From positions 192,001 through 256,000 of the forward strand of contig JBPOGI010000004.1 in the NCBI GenBank assembly GCA_051251855.1: a stretch of 64,000 nt of DNA. Reading direction: 5' to 3'. Numbering within the stretch: position 1 is the first letter of the stretch; the number at the start of each line of letters is the position of its first letter. Source of the stretch: Roseibacillus sp. GTDB lineage: Bacteria; Verrucomicrobiota; Verrucomicrobiia; Verrucomicrobiales; Akkermansiaceae. Made by a program: the position numbers and the translations under genes. This document shows, in pieces, positions 1 through 7,430 of this stretch. Below the pieces are notes generated by a model, which was given only the letters and a program-made list of their open reading frames with translations, had not been told where the DNA came from and searched no databases.

Positions 1-58
1 CCGCACCACCGTCGGTTCAGGGCTCCCTTTCACGAACAAATCAAATAGACATAAACTA

Positions 59-1117
59 ATGAAAAACACTTTTATCGTATCCGCCCTCGCCACTGCCACC
101 GCCTTCGCTGGCACCTCCGGGGACTTTCTCGAAACAACGGGCTGCCCTCCTGATCACGATCACTCCGCCCACGAGCACCATCATAACAACGCCCCTATCG
201 GCGTGATGGGAAGCCACACCCACGCAGCAGGCGAATGGATGGCTAGTTACCGCTACATGTTCATGCGTATGGAGCAAAACTATGATGGCAGCAGCACCGT
301 GAGCGATAGCTCAGTACTCAGTGACTTCGTGGTAACTCCCCAAAACATGGACATGCAGATGCACATGTTTGGAATCATGTATGCCCCCACCGACAAGATC
401 ACCATCATGGGAATGCTCAATCTCGTCGAGATGACTATGGACCACCGCACCCGCATGGGTGGCGCCTTCACCACTGAGTCATCGGGCCTCGGCGACAGCT
501 CCTTCGGCGCACTCTATCAGCTCTTCGCTGACGACAGCCAGTCCGTCCATATCGGCCTCATGGCTCTCCTTCCCACCGCCGACATCGACCAACGCGACGC
601 CACCCCATTGGGACCGGATAGCCAATTGCCCTACCCCATGCAACTCGGTTCTGGCAGCTGGGGAATCTCCCCCTCCATTACCTGGACCGGACATCAAGAC
701 GCCTGGTCCTACGGTGCCCAAGCGAGCGGAAAGTTCTACCTCGCCGATAACGAAAATGACTACCGTCTCGGCAACCGCTACGAAGGAACTCTCTGGGGCG
801 CACGTCAGTGGTCGGACTCGTTCTCCACCTCTCTGCGAGTGAGCGTCTCCCGCTGGGAAGACATCGACGGAGCCGACCCTTCCATCGCTACCACCCCACC
901 CATGGGGCCGATGGCAGGAGTCCCTCTCGTCCCCACCGCTGATCCTGAGCTTCGCGCCGGCACCCGCATCGACCTTTCGGCCGGAGCCAACTTCCGTATC
1001 CCCAACACCGGAGCCACTCTCGCAATCGAAGCCGGAGTGCCCGTCTACCAAGACCTCGACGGCCCCCAACTCGGCGTCGAATGGTTCGCCACCGCCGGAC
1101 TCCAATTTGCCTTCTAG
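59..1117 (+). CDS. Outer-membrane beta-barrel transporter-like protein with His/Met-rich N-terminus (possible Cu/Ni binding)
   Basis: Signal peptide; HDHSAHEHHH then APIGVMGSHTHAAGEWMASYRYMFMRM; MDMQMHM; amphipathic beta strands; C-terminal Phe (LQFAF). Confidence 0.7.
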   Translation: MKNTFIVSALATATAFAGTSGDFLETTGCPPDHDHSAHEHHHNNAPIGVMGSHTHAAGEWMASYRYMFMRMEQNYDGSSTVSDSSVLSDFVVTPQNMDMQMHMFGIMYAPTDKITIMGMLNLVEMTMDHRTRMGGAFTTESSGLGDSSFGALYQLFADDSQSVHIGLMALLPTADIDQRDATPLGPDSQLPYPMQLGSGSWGISPSITWTGHQDAWSYGAQASGKFYLADNENDYRLGNRYEGTLWGARQWSDSFSTSLRVSVSRWEDIDGADPSIATTPPMGPMAGVPLVPTADPELRAGTRIDLSAGANFRIPNTGATLAIEAGVPVYQDLDGPQLGVEWFATAGLQFAF

Positions 1118-1144
1118 TCCCTTTCTTAATTCAAGTTCTCACCC

Positions 1145-1175
1145 AACGGTCACTGGCAACAGTGGCCGTTTTTTT
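1145..1175 (+). terminator. Rho-independent terminator
   Basis: AACGGTCACTG-GCAA-CAGTGGCCGTT stem-loop followed by T run. Confidence 0.8.
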
Positions 1176-1179
1176 GAAT

Positions 1180-1239
1180 GGAGGGGCGACCTTTAATGTC
1201 GCCCGCACAAGCTCCAGCGGCAATAAAGGCCGCCGCTCC
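1180..1239. repeat. GGAG-headed REP doublet (REPIN-like)
   Basis: GGAGGGGCGACCTTTAATGTCGC (1180-1202) and inverted GCGGCAATAAAGGCCGCCGCTCC (1217-1239), 19/23 match. Confidence 0.65.
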
Positions 1240-1290
1240 TTTCAATTCCAGACTTGGCCACGAGTCTCTTAGTGTTCAGGCTCCTCGCCA

Positions 1291-2178
1291 GTGCATCGCA
1301 TCGCCACCATCGCCTTTGGCACCTTCACCCAGCTTGTACGGATGAAGGTCTTCTACTTTCTCGCCATTTTTGTGGTGCTGGCCATCGCGCTCAACTTCTT
1401 CCGCCTCCCCCACACCATGGGACCCGAGGCCGTCGCTGCTGAGGAGCTACGCCTTTGGAAGTCGGGCACCATCGGGTTGATGAAACTCTTTGCTATCATC
1501 TTCTCACTGGCCGCTACTGCACTGCTCATCCCCCGCGACCTTGAGGACCGTATCCTCTACACCATCCTCTGCAAACCCGTCCCCCGCCTCGACTACCTCA
1601 TCGGCAAACTTCTCGGCGTCCTCATGCTCACCTTCATCGCCCTTCTCGCGATGGACCTCCTGATGACCGCCGTTCTCCATCATCGCACCGGCATTGTGGA
1701 AGCCGAGCGGGTTGCCTTCTTGGAAAGCCGAAACTTCTCCAAAGCCGACATCGCCCTTGAGGTTGCCGAAGTCCGTCGCCATGGCCCCACTCTTTCGCTC
1801 CAATTTGGCATCTTGGGCATCTTTCTCGAAGCCGCCGTCATCGCTGCTGTTGCCCTCCTCATCTCCACCTTTAGTTCCTCTACCCTCTTCACCATCATCA
1901 GCACGATTATGGTCTACTTCATTGGCTTTTTCATGGGCCAAGCGCGTGAATTTTGGATGCAAACCACCAATCTCGGCGACTCCTTTGTTGGCCAAGCCGC
2001 CCTGCAACTCCTTTCCCTCATCTTCCCCGATCTCTCCATCTTTGGGCTCGCCGATGCCGCCATTGCCGGAACCGTCATCCCCGCGCTCACTGCCCTCAAA
2101 GTTTGTGGTCTCGCCCTCGCCTACCTCGTCACCTACACCCTTGTGTCTTGGTTCGTTTTTGCCGACAAAGAGTTTTAA
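1291..2178 (+). CDS. ABC-2 type transporter permease
   Basis: Multiple TM helices; DLEDRILYTILCKPVPRLDYLIGKLLG motif typical of ABC-2 permeases. Confidence 0.8.
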   Translation: MHRIATIAFGTFTQLVRMKVFYFLAIFVVLAIALNFFRLPHTMGPEAVAAEELRLWKSGTIGLMKLFAIIFSLAATALLIPRDLEDRILYTILCKPVPRLDYLIGKLLGVLMLTFIALLAMDLLMTAVLHHRTGIVEAERVAFLESRNFSKADIALEVAEVRRHGPTLSLQFGILGIFLEAAVIAAVALLISTFSSSTLFTIISTIMVYFIGFFMGQAREFWMQTTNLGDSFVGQAALQLLSLIFPDLSIFGLADAAIAGTVIPALTALKVCGLALAYLVTYTLVSWFVFADKEF

Positions 2179-2232
2179 CGTTCAGTCTTCAATGTTGGAC
2201 GTGAAACGTTCTCCTGCCTACCCTTCTCTCAA

Positions 2233-2396
2233 GGGAGTCGTTCAACGGCAAGACAGGGAATGGTGAAAACCAGCCCCGCTTCGGGGTTACCCCGAGGACT
2301 CAGCAAAACCGACCCATTCGACGCCGGGCTTAATCACGGTTCCACCGTGAGAGCGCCCGACGCAGGACCAGACAGGTTGCCGGTTGAACGACTCCC
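2233..2396 (+). ncRNA. Putative retron-type msr-msd ncRNA
   Basis: GGGAGTCGTTCAAC (2233-2246) pairs perfectly with GTTGAACGACTCCC (2383-2396), extended by GGCAA/TTGCC; internal hairpins TGGT-GAAA-ACCA, TCGGGG-TTA-CCCCGA, TCACGGT-TCC-ACCGTGA; lies immediately upstream of an RT. Confidence 0.7.
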
Positions 2397-2436
2397 ACTC
2401 CTTCTTCCTTTCCAAGAGCACCCCACCTGCGCCAAC

Positions 2437-3708
2437 GTGCCCGACGTGTCCTCGCAGCGTCAATGGCTTGAGAACTTCGCCACTCTTCTCCTCGAACGCG
2501 AGCGAAGCTTGGCAAGCTGGCAGGATCTCGCCACCGAGACCATCCCCGGCCCCCGACGGCGCTCCTTTCGGCTTCTTCTCGGAGAAGTCTGGGCTGCCAC
2601 TGACAAGACCCCTCTTCTCGAACACTGGCACCTCGCAAATATCCTTCAGGCCAACTCCCGCTTCAAACGATGGTGGGACAAAGGCCCTTGCCCGCTCCCT
2701 CCCGCACTCACCGCTGGCAATCCAACCGCCCAAGTCGACAACTCTGCTTGGGACCTCCCCGAAATCCCCACCCTCTCCTCACTCAACGATCTCATCGAAC
2801 TTCACCCCGACGACATGGGCTGGCTTCTCGGTCCCTCCCATCACTATCACCAAAAGTTGCTTCCCAAACGACGCGGCGGCCGACGACTGTTAGAATCTCC
2901 CAAACCCCTCCTCAAGCAAACGCAGCGAATCCTTCTTCGTCGCTTACTCGACCGCATCCCCCCCCACGAAGCCGCCACCGGATTCCGTCAAGACCATAGC
3001 ATCATCGACTTCGCCAAACCTCATACCGGAAAAGACGTCGTCCTCAAGATGGACCTTGCCCACTTCTTTCCCTCTCTCGGTCGCCCCCGAATCAAGCGCC
3101 TCTTTATGGCCCTCGGCTACCGTGAATCCGTGGCCTTCGCTCTCGCCAGCCTCTCCACCACTCGAAGCTCTTGCCCCCACTTCACCACCCCCGAGCGCAC
3201 TCTCTACAGTCGCTATCATCTCCCCCAAGGCGCGCCCACTTCTCCAGCCCTAGCCAACCTCGCCGCCTTCCGCCTCGACTGTCGTCTTGCAGGCTTGGCA
3301 AAAAAAGCAGGCGCAACCTACACCCGCTACGCCGACGACCTTCTCTTTTCAGGCGATCGAGACTTTACCCGCCAATGCCCACGCTTCCAAATTAAAGTCA
3401 TGGCCATCACTCTCGAAGAAGGCCTCGCCATCAATGCACGTAAAACACGCACAATGCACCGCAGCCAAAAACAATCCGCCGCAGGCCTCATCCTTAACTC
3501 GAAGCTCAACGCCCGCCGTACCGACTACGACCAACTCAAGGCTATTCTCCACAACTGCCGCCAACAAGGCCCCGCCTCCCAAAATCACCAAGCCCACCCC
3601 CACTTCGCAGCCCACTTGAAAGGACGCGTCGCCTGGATTGCCTCTCTCAACCCAGCTTGGGGTGAAAAGCTCCAGTCCACTTATTCCGCCATCGACTGGG
3701 AAAGTTGA
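2437..3708 (+). CDS. Retron-like reverse transcriptase
   Basis: PKRRGGRRLLESP, ATGFR, FAKPH, MDLAHFFPS, LPQGAPTSPALAN, YTRYADDLLFSG, INARKT, QSAAGLILN. The ORF-track start 2260 lies inside the ncRNA; in-frame GTG at 2437 or 2446 is more plausible. Confidence 0.92.
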   Translation: MPDVSSQRQWLENFATLLLERERSLASWQDLATETIPGPRRRSFRLLLGEVWAATDKTPLLEHWHLANILQANSRFKRWWDKGPCPLPPALTAGNPTAQVDNSAWDLPEIPTLSSLNDLIELHPDDMGWLLGPSHHYHQKLLPKRRGGRRLLESPKPLLKQTQRILLRRLLDRIPPHEAATGFRQDHSIIDFAKPHTGKDVVLKMDLAHFFPSLGRPRIKRLFMALGYRESVAFALASLSTTRSSCPHFTTPERTLYSRYHLPQGAPTSPALANLAAFRLDCRLAGLAKKAGATYTRYADDLLFSGDRDFTRQCPRFQIKVMAITLEEGLAINARKTRTMHRSQKQSAAGLILNSKLNARRTDYDQLKAILHNCRQQGPASQNHQAHPHFAAHLKGRVAWIASLNPAWGEKLQSTYSAIDWES

Positions 3709-4595
3709 TTTCCAAAGCCCCGGCCACCCTTCACACTCACGCCGTGAGCGATATCCCCGAACAGGAGAACCCCAACCCCCTCTTTGCGCTCGCAAAGCAA
3801 TACCCCTTCTTCGCACGCACCCCTCGTCGCCGTCGCATTGCCGCCAAGCTCGACCAAATCATCGGCCTTGCCGGTCTCAGCGCCATGCCTGCCAGCATCC
3901 CCATCGGCCATCGGAACCCTTATCAGGCTGGCCACCAATATTTGGACATCGCCATCGAGGGAACTGACGATTTTCTCGCCAAGATCCCCAAAACCGGCCC
4001 CACCCTCGTCGTCGCTAACCATCCCTATGGAGCACTCGACGCCCTCATCGCCTCTGACCTCACCCTCCGCGTCCGCCCCGATGCCCTCATCTTTGGCAAT
4101 GCCGTCCTCGTTCATCCCGTGCATGAAGAATGGCTACTTCCCCTCGAAATCCTCGACGAATCCTCCGCCGCACGCCGTCGCAACCTTGATAGCATGCGCC
4201 GCGCGCTCACCCACCTCCAGGCCGGCGGCTGTGTCCTCATCTTCCCCGCTGGCGAAGTCGAGCGCTGGCGCTGGCCTCGACTCCGCATCGAAGAAGGCGC
4301 TTGGACCGCCCACCTCGCCCGCCTCGCTCTCAAATCCAAAGCGACCATTCTCCCCCTCGCCTACCCGGGCGAAAACCCCCTCTGGTTTCACCTCCCTGGC
4401 GCGCTACATCCTACTCTTCGCCTCCTCGCTCTTCCCCGTGCCTTCCTTTCTCTGCGAGGAAGAACGATTCCCATCCGCACTGGCCAGCCCATCCCGATCG
4501 AAAGCCTCCCCTCCGACCCACACGCCCTCACCGAAGCTGTGCGCCAAGTCGTTCTTCGCCTCGCAGGAAGAGAAGATCAAAGCGACGGGAAATAA
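3705..4595 (+). CDS. Lysophospholipid/PlsC-type acyltransferase (OlsF N-terminal-domain-like)
   Basis: VVANHPYGALD (HxxxxD) and LIFPAGEV motifs; start could be GTG 3744. Confidence 0.82.
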   Translation: MISKAPATLHTHAVSDIPEQENPNPLFALAKQYPFFARTPRRRRIAAKLDQIIGLAGLSAMPASIPIGHRNPYQAGHQYLDIAIEGTDDFLAKIPKTGPTLVVANHPYGALDALIASDLTLRVRPDALIFGNAVLVHPVHEEWLLPLEILDESSAARRRNLDSMRRALTHLQAGGCVLIFPAGEVERWRWPRLRIEEGAWTAHLARLALKSKATILPLAYPGENPLWFHLPGALHPTLRLLALPRAFLSLRGRTIPIRTGQPIPIESLPSDPHALTEAVRQVVLRLAGREDQSDGK

Positions 4596-4637
4596 AATGG
4601 ACCCTTGGGCCCTCTCATGGGAAGAATAGCCCCGACG

Positions 4638-5147
4638 ATGAACGCACTCATTGAAGCCAATCTCCATTATATCGTTCAAGCAGAACGACTTCTGGCTCAA
4701 TTGACCGACGAGACGTTTTCTCAAGAATCGCCGGCCTTCTACCGTTCGACTATTGGAGGCCATCTCCGTCACTGCCTCGATCACTACGACTCCTTCCTCA
4801 ATGCCTTGCAGGACGGAAAAGTCGACTACGACGAGCGCATGCGACTTCCTGCCCTTGAAACCGAGACCGCCAGCGCCGCTGCGAAAGCAACCGAAATTCG
4901 CGAACGCTTAGAAATCGTCTCTGCAAAGGAAACCCCGGTAGGCCTGCTGGTCAAAATGGACTGCGGCATCGATAACACTGACTGGCAGCCCTCCACTCTT
5001 GGTCGCGAGCTGCAATTTCTCGTGAGCCACACCGTGCACCACTTTGCCATGATTGGTGGTATCTGCCGTGAACTCGGTATCGAACCCGAGAAAAACTTCG
5101 GCGTTGCCCCCTCGACCATTCGGCATCATGCCAACGTTTCGGCCTAA
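4638..5147 (+). CDS. DinB family protein
   Basis: STIGGHLRHCLDH, VDYDER, RELQFLVSHTVHH, FGVAPST; start chosen at ATG 4638 (ORF track 4605). Confidence 0.82.
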   Translation: MNALIEANLHYIVQAERLLAQLTDETFSQESPAFYRSTIGGHLRHCLDHYDSFLNALQDGKVDYDERMRLPALETETASAAAKATEIRERLEIVSAKETPVGLLVKMDCGIDNTDWQPSTLGRELQFLVSHTVHHFAMIGGICRELGIEPEKNFGVAPSTIRHHANVSA

Positions 5148-5148
5148 G

Positions 5149-6024
5149 ATGACCGCTACCGACTTAAGATCCGAAGTTCAAAACCTGGAAGCAAGCGCCC
5201 GCTTAGCCACCCAAGGAAACCTCGAAGTCTATCTCGCCACTGCCCAAGAAATTCCGAACGTCCTCCAAGAAATCGGACGCTTGCGCGAAATTTCCTTTCA
5301 AGCGGTCGGAGAAGGCACCGGACACGAAATCGACCTCGACCGCTTCGACGAACACTACCTTCACCTTTTTCTCTGGGACGGCGAAGAGCATCGCATCGCA
5401 GGGGCCTACCGGCTCGCACCCACTGACCAAATCATCGCCCAGCAAGGGCCCACCGGACTCTACTGCTCCACCCTCTTCGATTTCCAACCCGCCTTCCTCG
5501 AGCACCTCAATCCCGCCCTCGAACTCGGTCGCTCCTTCGTCACCCCGGCCTACCAAAAGTCCCTCGCCCCCTTACTCGCGCTCTGGAAAGGCATCGCCAC
5601 CTACGTCTCGCGTAACCCACTCTATCATCGCCTCTTCGGGCCCGTGAGTATCTCTCAAGACTACACCCCCCTCTCGCAAGATATCATCGTCAAATTCCTC
5701 CGAGAAAACCGATGGAACCGCGAACTGGGCCCTTTAGTCCGCCCCCTCAACCCCTTCCCCGGCAACCCCGAAATCTCGCCTCTGTTAGAAAGCATCGACC
5801 AAGTCTCCGCCAGAGTCTCGGAGTCCGAAGCCGATGGCAAAGGCATCCCCATCCTCCTCAAGCAATACCTCAAACTCAACGCCACCCTGTTAGAGTTCAA
5901 CTTGGATCCCTCTTTCTCTGACTGCCTCGACGCCTTGATCCTCGTCGACCTCCACGACGCACCTCCCGCAGTGCTCTCCCGTTACATGGGCAAAGAAGCC
6001 TACGCGAAATTCAAAAGGCAATAG
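5149..6024 (+). CDS. GNAT N-acyltransferase (OlsB / OlsF C-terminal-domain-like, 'putative hemolysin')
   Basis: EIGRLREISFQAVGEGTG, DLDRFD, IAGAYRL, LELGRSFV, LFGPVSIS, IPILLKQYLKLNA; ATG at 5149. Confidence 0.85.
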   Translation: MTATDLRSEVQNLEASARLATQGNLEVYLATAQEIPNVLQEIGRLREISFQAVGEGTGHEIDLDRFDEHYLHLFLWDGEEHRIAGAYRLAPTDQIIAQQGPTGLYCSTLFDFQPAFLEHLNPALELGRSFVTPAYQKSLAPLLALWKGIATYVSRNPLYHRLFGPVSISQDYTPLSQDIIVKFLRENRWNRELGPLVRPLNPFPGNPEISPLLESIDQVSARVSESEADGKGIPILLKQYLKLNATLLEFNLDPSFSDCLDALILVDLHDAPPAVLSRYMGKEAYAKFKRQ

Positions 6025-6054
6025 ATAACATTAGAAGCCTTCTAGGCCGGGATT

Positions 6055-6258
6055 GTATTCTTTGACGCAGAGCCACAGAGGAGACGCAAAGTTCACGCAG
6101 AGATTGAATTGAGACCTGATTGAAAAAAAAGAATTTCAGGCCCTGAATTTCCCCCTAAAATCAGGCTCTTTTCTGAGCTCTTCCTAAAAAACTCAAACTC
6201 AGAATCCCGACTCTGCGTTCAGTCTCTGGGTCCTCTGTGGCTCTGCGTCGAAAAATAC
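6055..6258. repeat. MITE-like / long inverted-repeat intergenic element
   Basis: GACGCAGAGCCACAGAGGA (6064-6082) is the perfect reverse complement of 6231-6249; inner ACGCAGAG/CTCTGCGT (6095-6102/6211-6218); AT-rich centre. Confidence 0.65.
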
Positions 6259-6283
6259 TGCCCAAATCGCAAAAAAACTGATC

Positions 6284-6310
6284 AAAAAAGGCGACCCGCA
6301 GGCCGCCTTT
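6284..6310 (-). terminator. Rho-independent terminator between convergent genes
   Basis: Minus strand AAAGGCGGCC-TGCG-GGTCGCCTTTTTT. Confidence 0.7.
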
Positions 6311-6333
6311 CAAATTCTAGAAATCGAAGAGCC

Positions 6334-6840
6334 CTACTTGGCCTCCACCGTCATCACGCCCTTCATCACACCAAAGTGACCCGTAAAGGTGCAGATGTAG
6401 TCATACTTTCCAGCCGCAGGAGCAGTAAAAGTCACCGTCTCTTCCTCACCAGGTCCGAGAATCTTCGTGGCAGCAACAACCTGCTCTTTCAATTCTGGCT
6501 TATTGGGCAAGCCGGTGGTCTGCGCATTTGCCATGCAGTCCATTGCAAATGTTGGCACCACTGTTCCGGTCTTCAGGATCACCACATTGTGACCCATCGC
6601 CGCCTTAGGCAACTTACCCACATTCTTGAAAGTCAGCGCAACAGTCTGACCTTCTTTGACAGTGAACTCCTTTTTATCGAACTGCATGGTGTCGTTGCCC
6701 TCGATCGTGACTTCGACATCTGCCTTCTTCACCTCCGCTACGGGAGCTTCCTTTTTGGCCTCCGCTTCGTCGGCCAAGGCGATACTCATTTGGGCCGCCA
6801 ATGCGACTCCGGTTGCAATCATCAATGTTCTCATATGCAT
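6334..6840 (-). CDS. Azurin/plastocyanin-family blue copper protein
   Basis: Signal peptide; GNDTMQFD, AMGHNVV, YICTFTGHFGVM type-1 Cu ligands. Confidence 0.9.
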   Translation of the reverse strand: MHMRTLMIATGVALAAQMSIALADEAEAKKEAPVAEVKKADVEVTIEGNDTMQFDKKEFTVKEGQTVALTFKNVGKLPKAAMGHNVVILKTGTVVPTFAMDCMANAQTTGLPNKPELKEQVVAATKILGPGEEETVTFTAPAAGKYDYICTFTGHFGVMKGVMTVEAK

Positions 6841-6902
6841 GTTGGGAAAGTGCCCTTAATACGGCCGGAAGCAAAAGATTATTCATATCTGCACAGAAAA
6901 TA

Positions 6903-7274
6903 TCAACGATTGCGCATAAAGTCCGCAACTCCAGAGAAAAACGTCATCAGGGTTTCTTTGGTCTCATCGGCAACCTTCTCAGCATCCATTGCCGCCTCCA
7001 TGAGCTCCAGCCATCGGTCCCTTTCCGCTTCACCAATACTGAATGGCATGTGCCGTGCACGCAGCCGTGGATGCCCTCGCTCTTGCAAATAGCTTTCATC
7101 CTGCCCGAAGCGGAATTTCAGAAACGAGGCCAGCCGATGCTCAGCTCCCTCCCAATCCTGTTCCGGATACATGGGACCAATGATAGAATCGCGCCGCACC
7201 CGCTCGTAAAAGGCAGCAGAAATTCCATCGAATCCTTTCGGACCCAACTCCTGCCAAATTGCTTCTTCGTCCAT
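6903..7274 (-). CDS. Group II truncated hemoglobin
   Basis: FYERV, GPMYP, GHPRLRARHMPFSIG, RDRWLELM; ATG at 7274. Confidence 0.88.
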   Translation of the reverse strand: MDEEAIWQELGPKGFDGISAAFYERVRRDSIIGPMYPEQDWEGAEHRLASFLKFRFGQDESYLQERGHPRLRARHMPFSIGEAERDRWLELMEAAMDAEKVADETKETLMTFFSGVADFMRNR

Positions 7275-7430
7275 CTGCTGCCGAAGGTGCCTAAAAGCCC
7301 ACTCAACACGAAGAAAAAACACACATTGCTCTCCACATTAGCAACTTCCTTCTTCACGCTCTGGGCAAGTCCAATTTTTTCCTAAATAAATAAACGCCAC
7401 CAAACGTTATTCTAGTTAACTCTCTTACCT

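Noticed and set aside
2231..2300. tRNA-like look of GGGAGTCGTTCAACGGCAAGAC (resembles a D-arm)
   Set aside because: No pairing anticodon stem, T-arm or 3' acceptor strand; the segment instead pairs with 2377-2396.
2260..2436. ORF-track N-terminal extension of the RT
   Set aside because: It runs through the inverted-repeat RNA; GTG 2437 or 2446 is more consistent with an ncRNA-then-RT layout.
2958..2965. Poly-C8 tract in the RT as a phase-variation switch
   Set aside because: The frame is intact and C runs are common on this C-rich strand.
2437..3708. Group II intron, DGR or CRISPR-associated RT
   Set aside because: No intron domain V/VI or maturase/endonuclease domain seen, no template/variable repeat pair or avd gene, no cas1 or array; LPQGAPTSP and YADDLLFSG contexts are retron-like.
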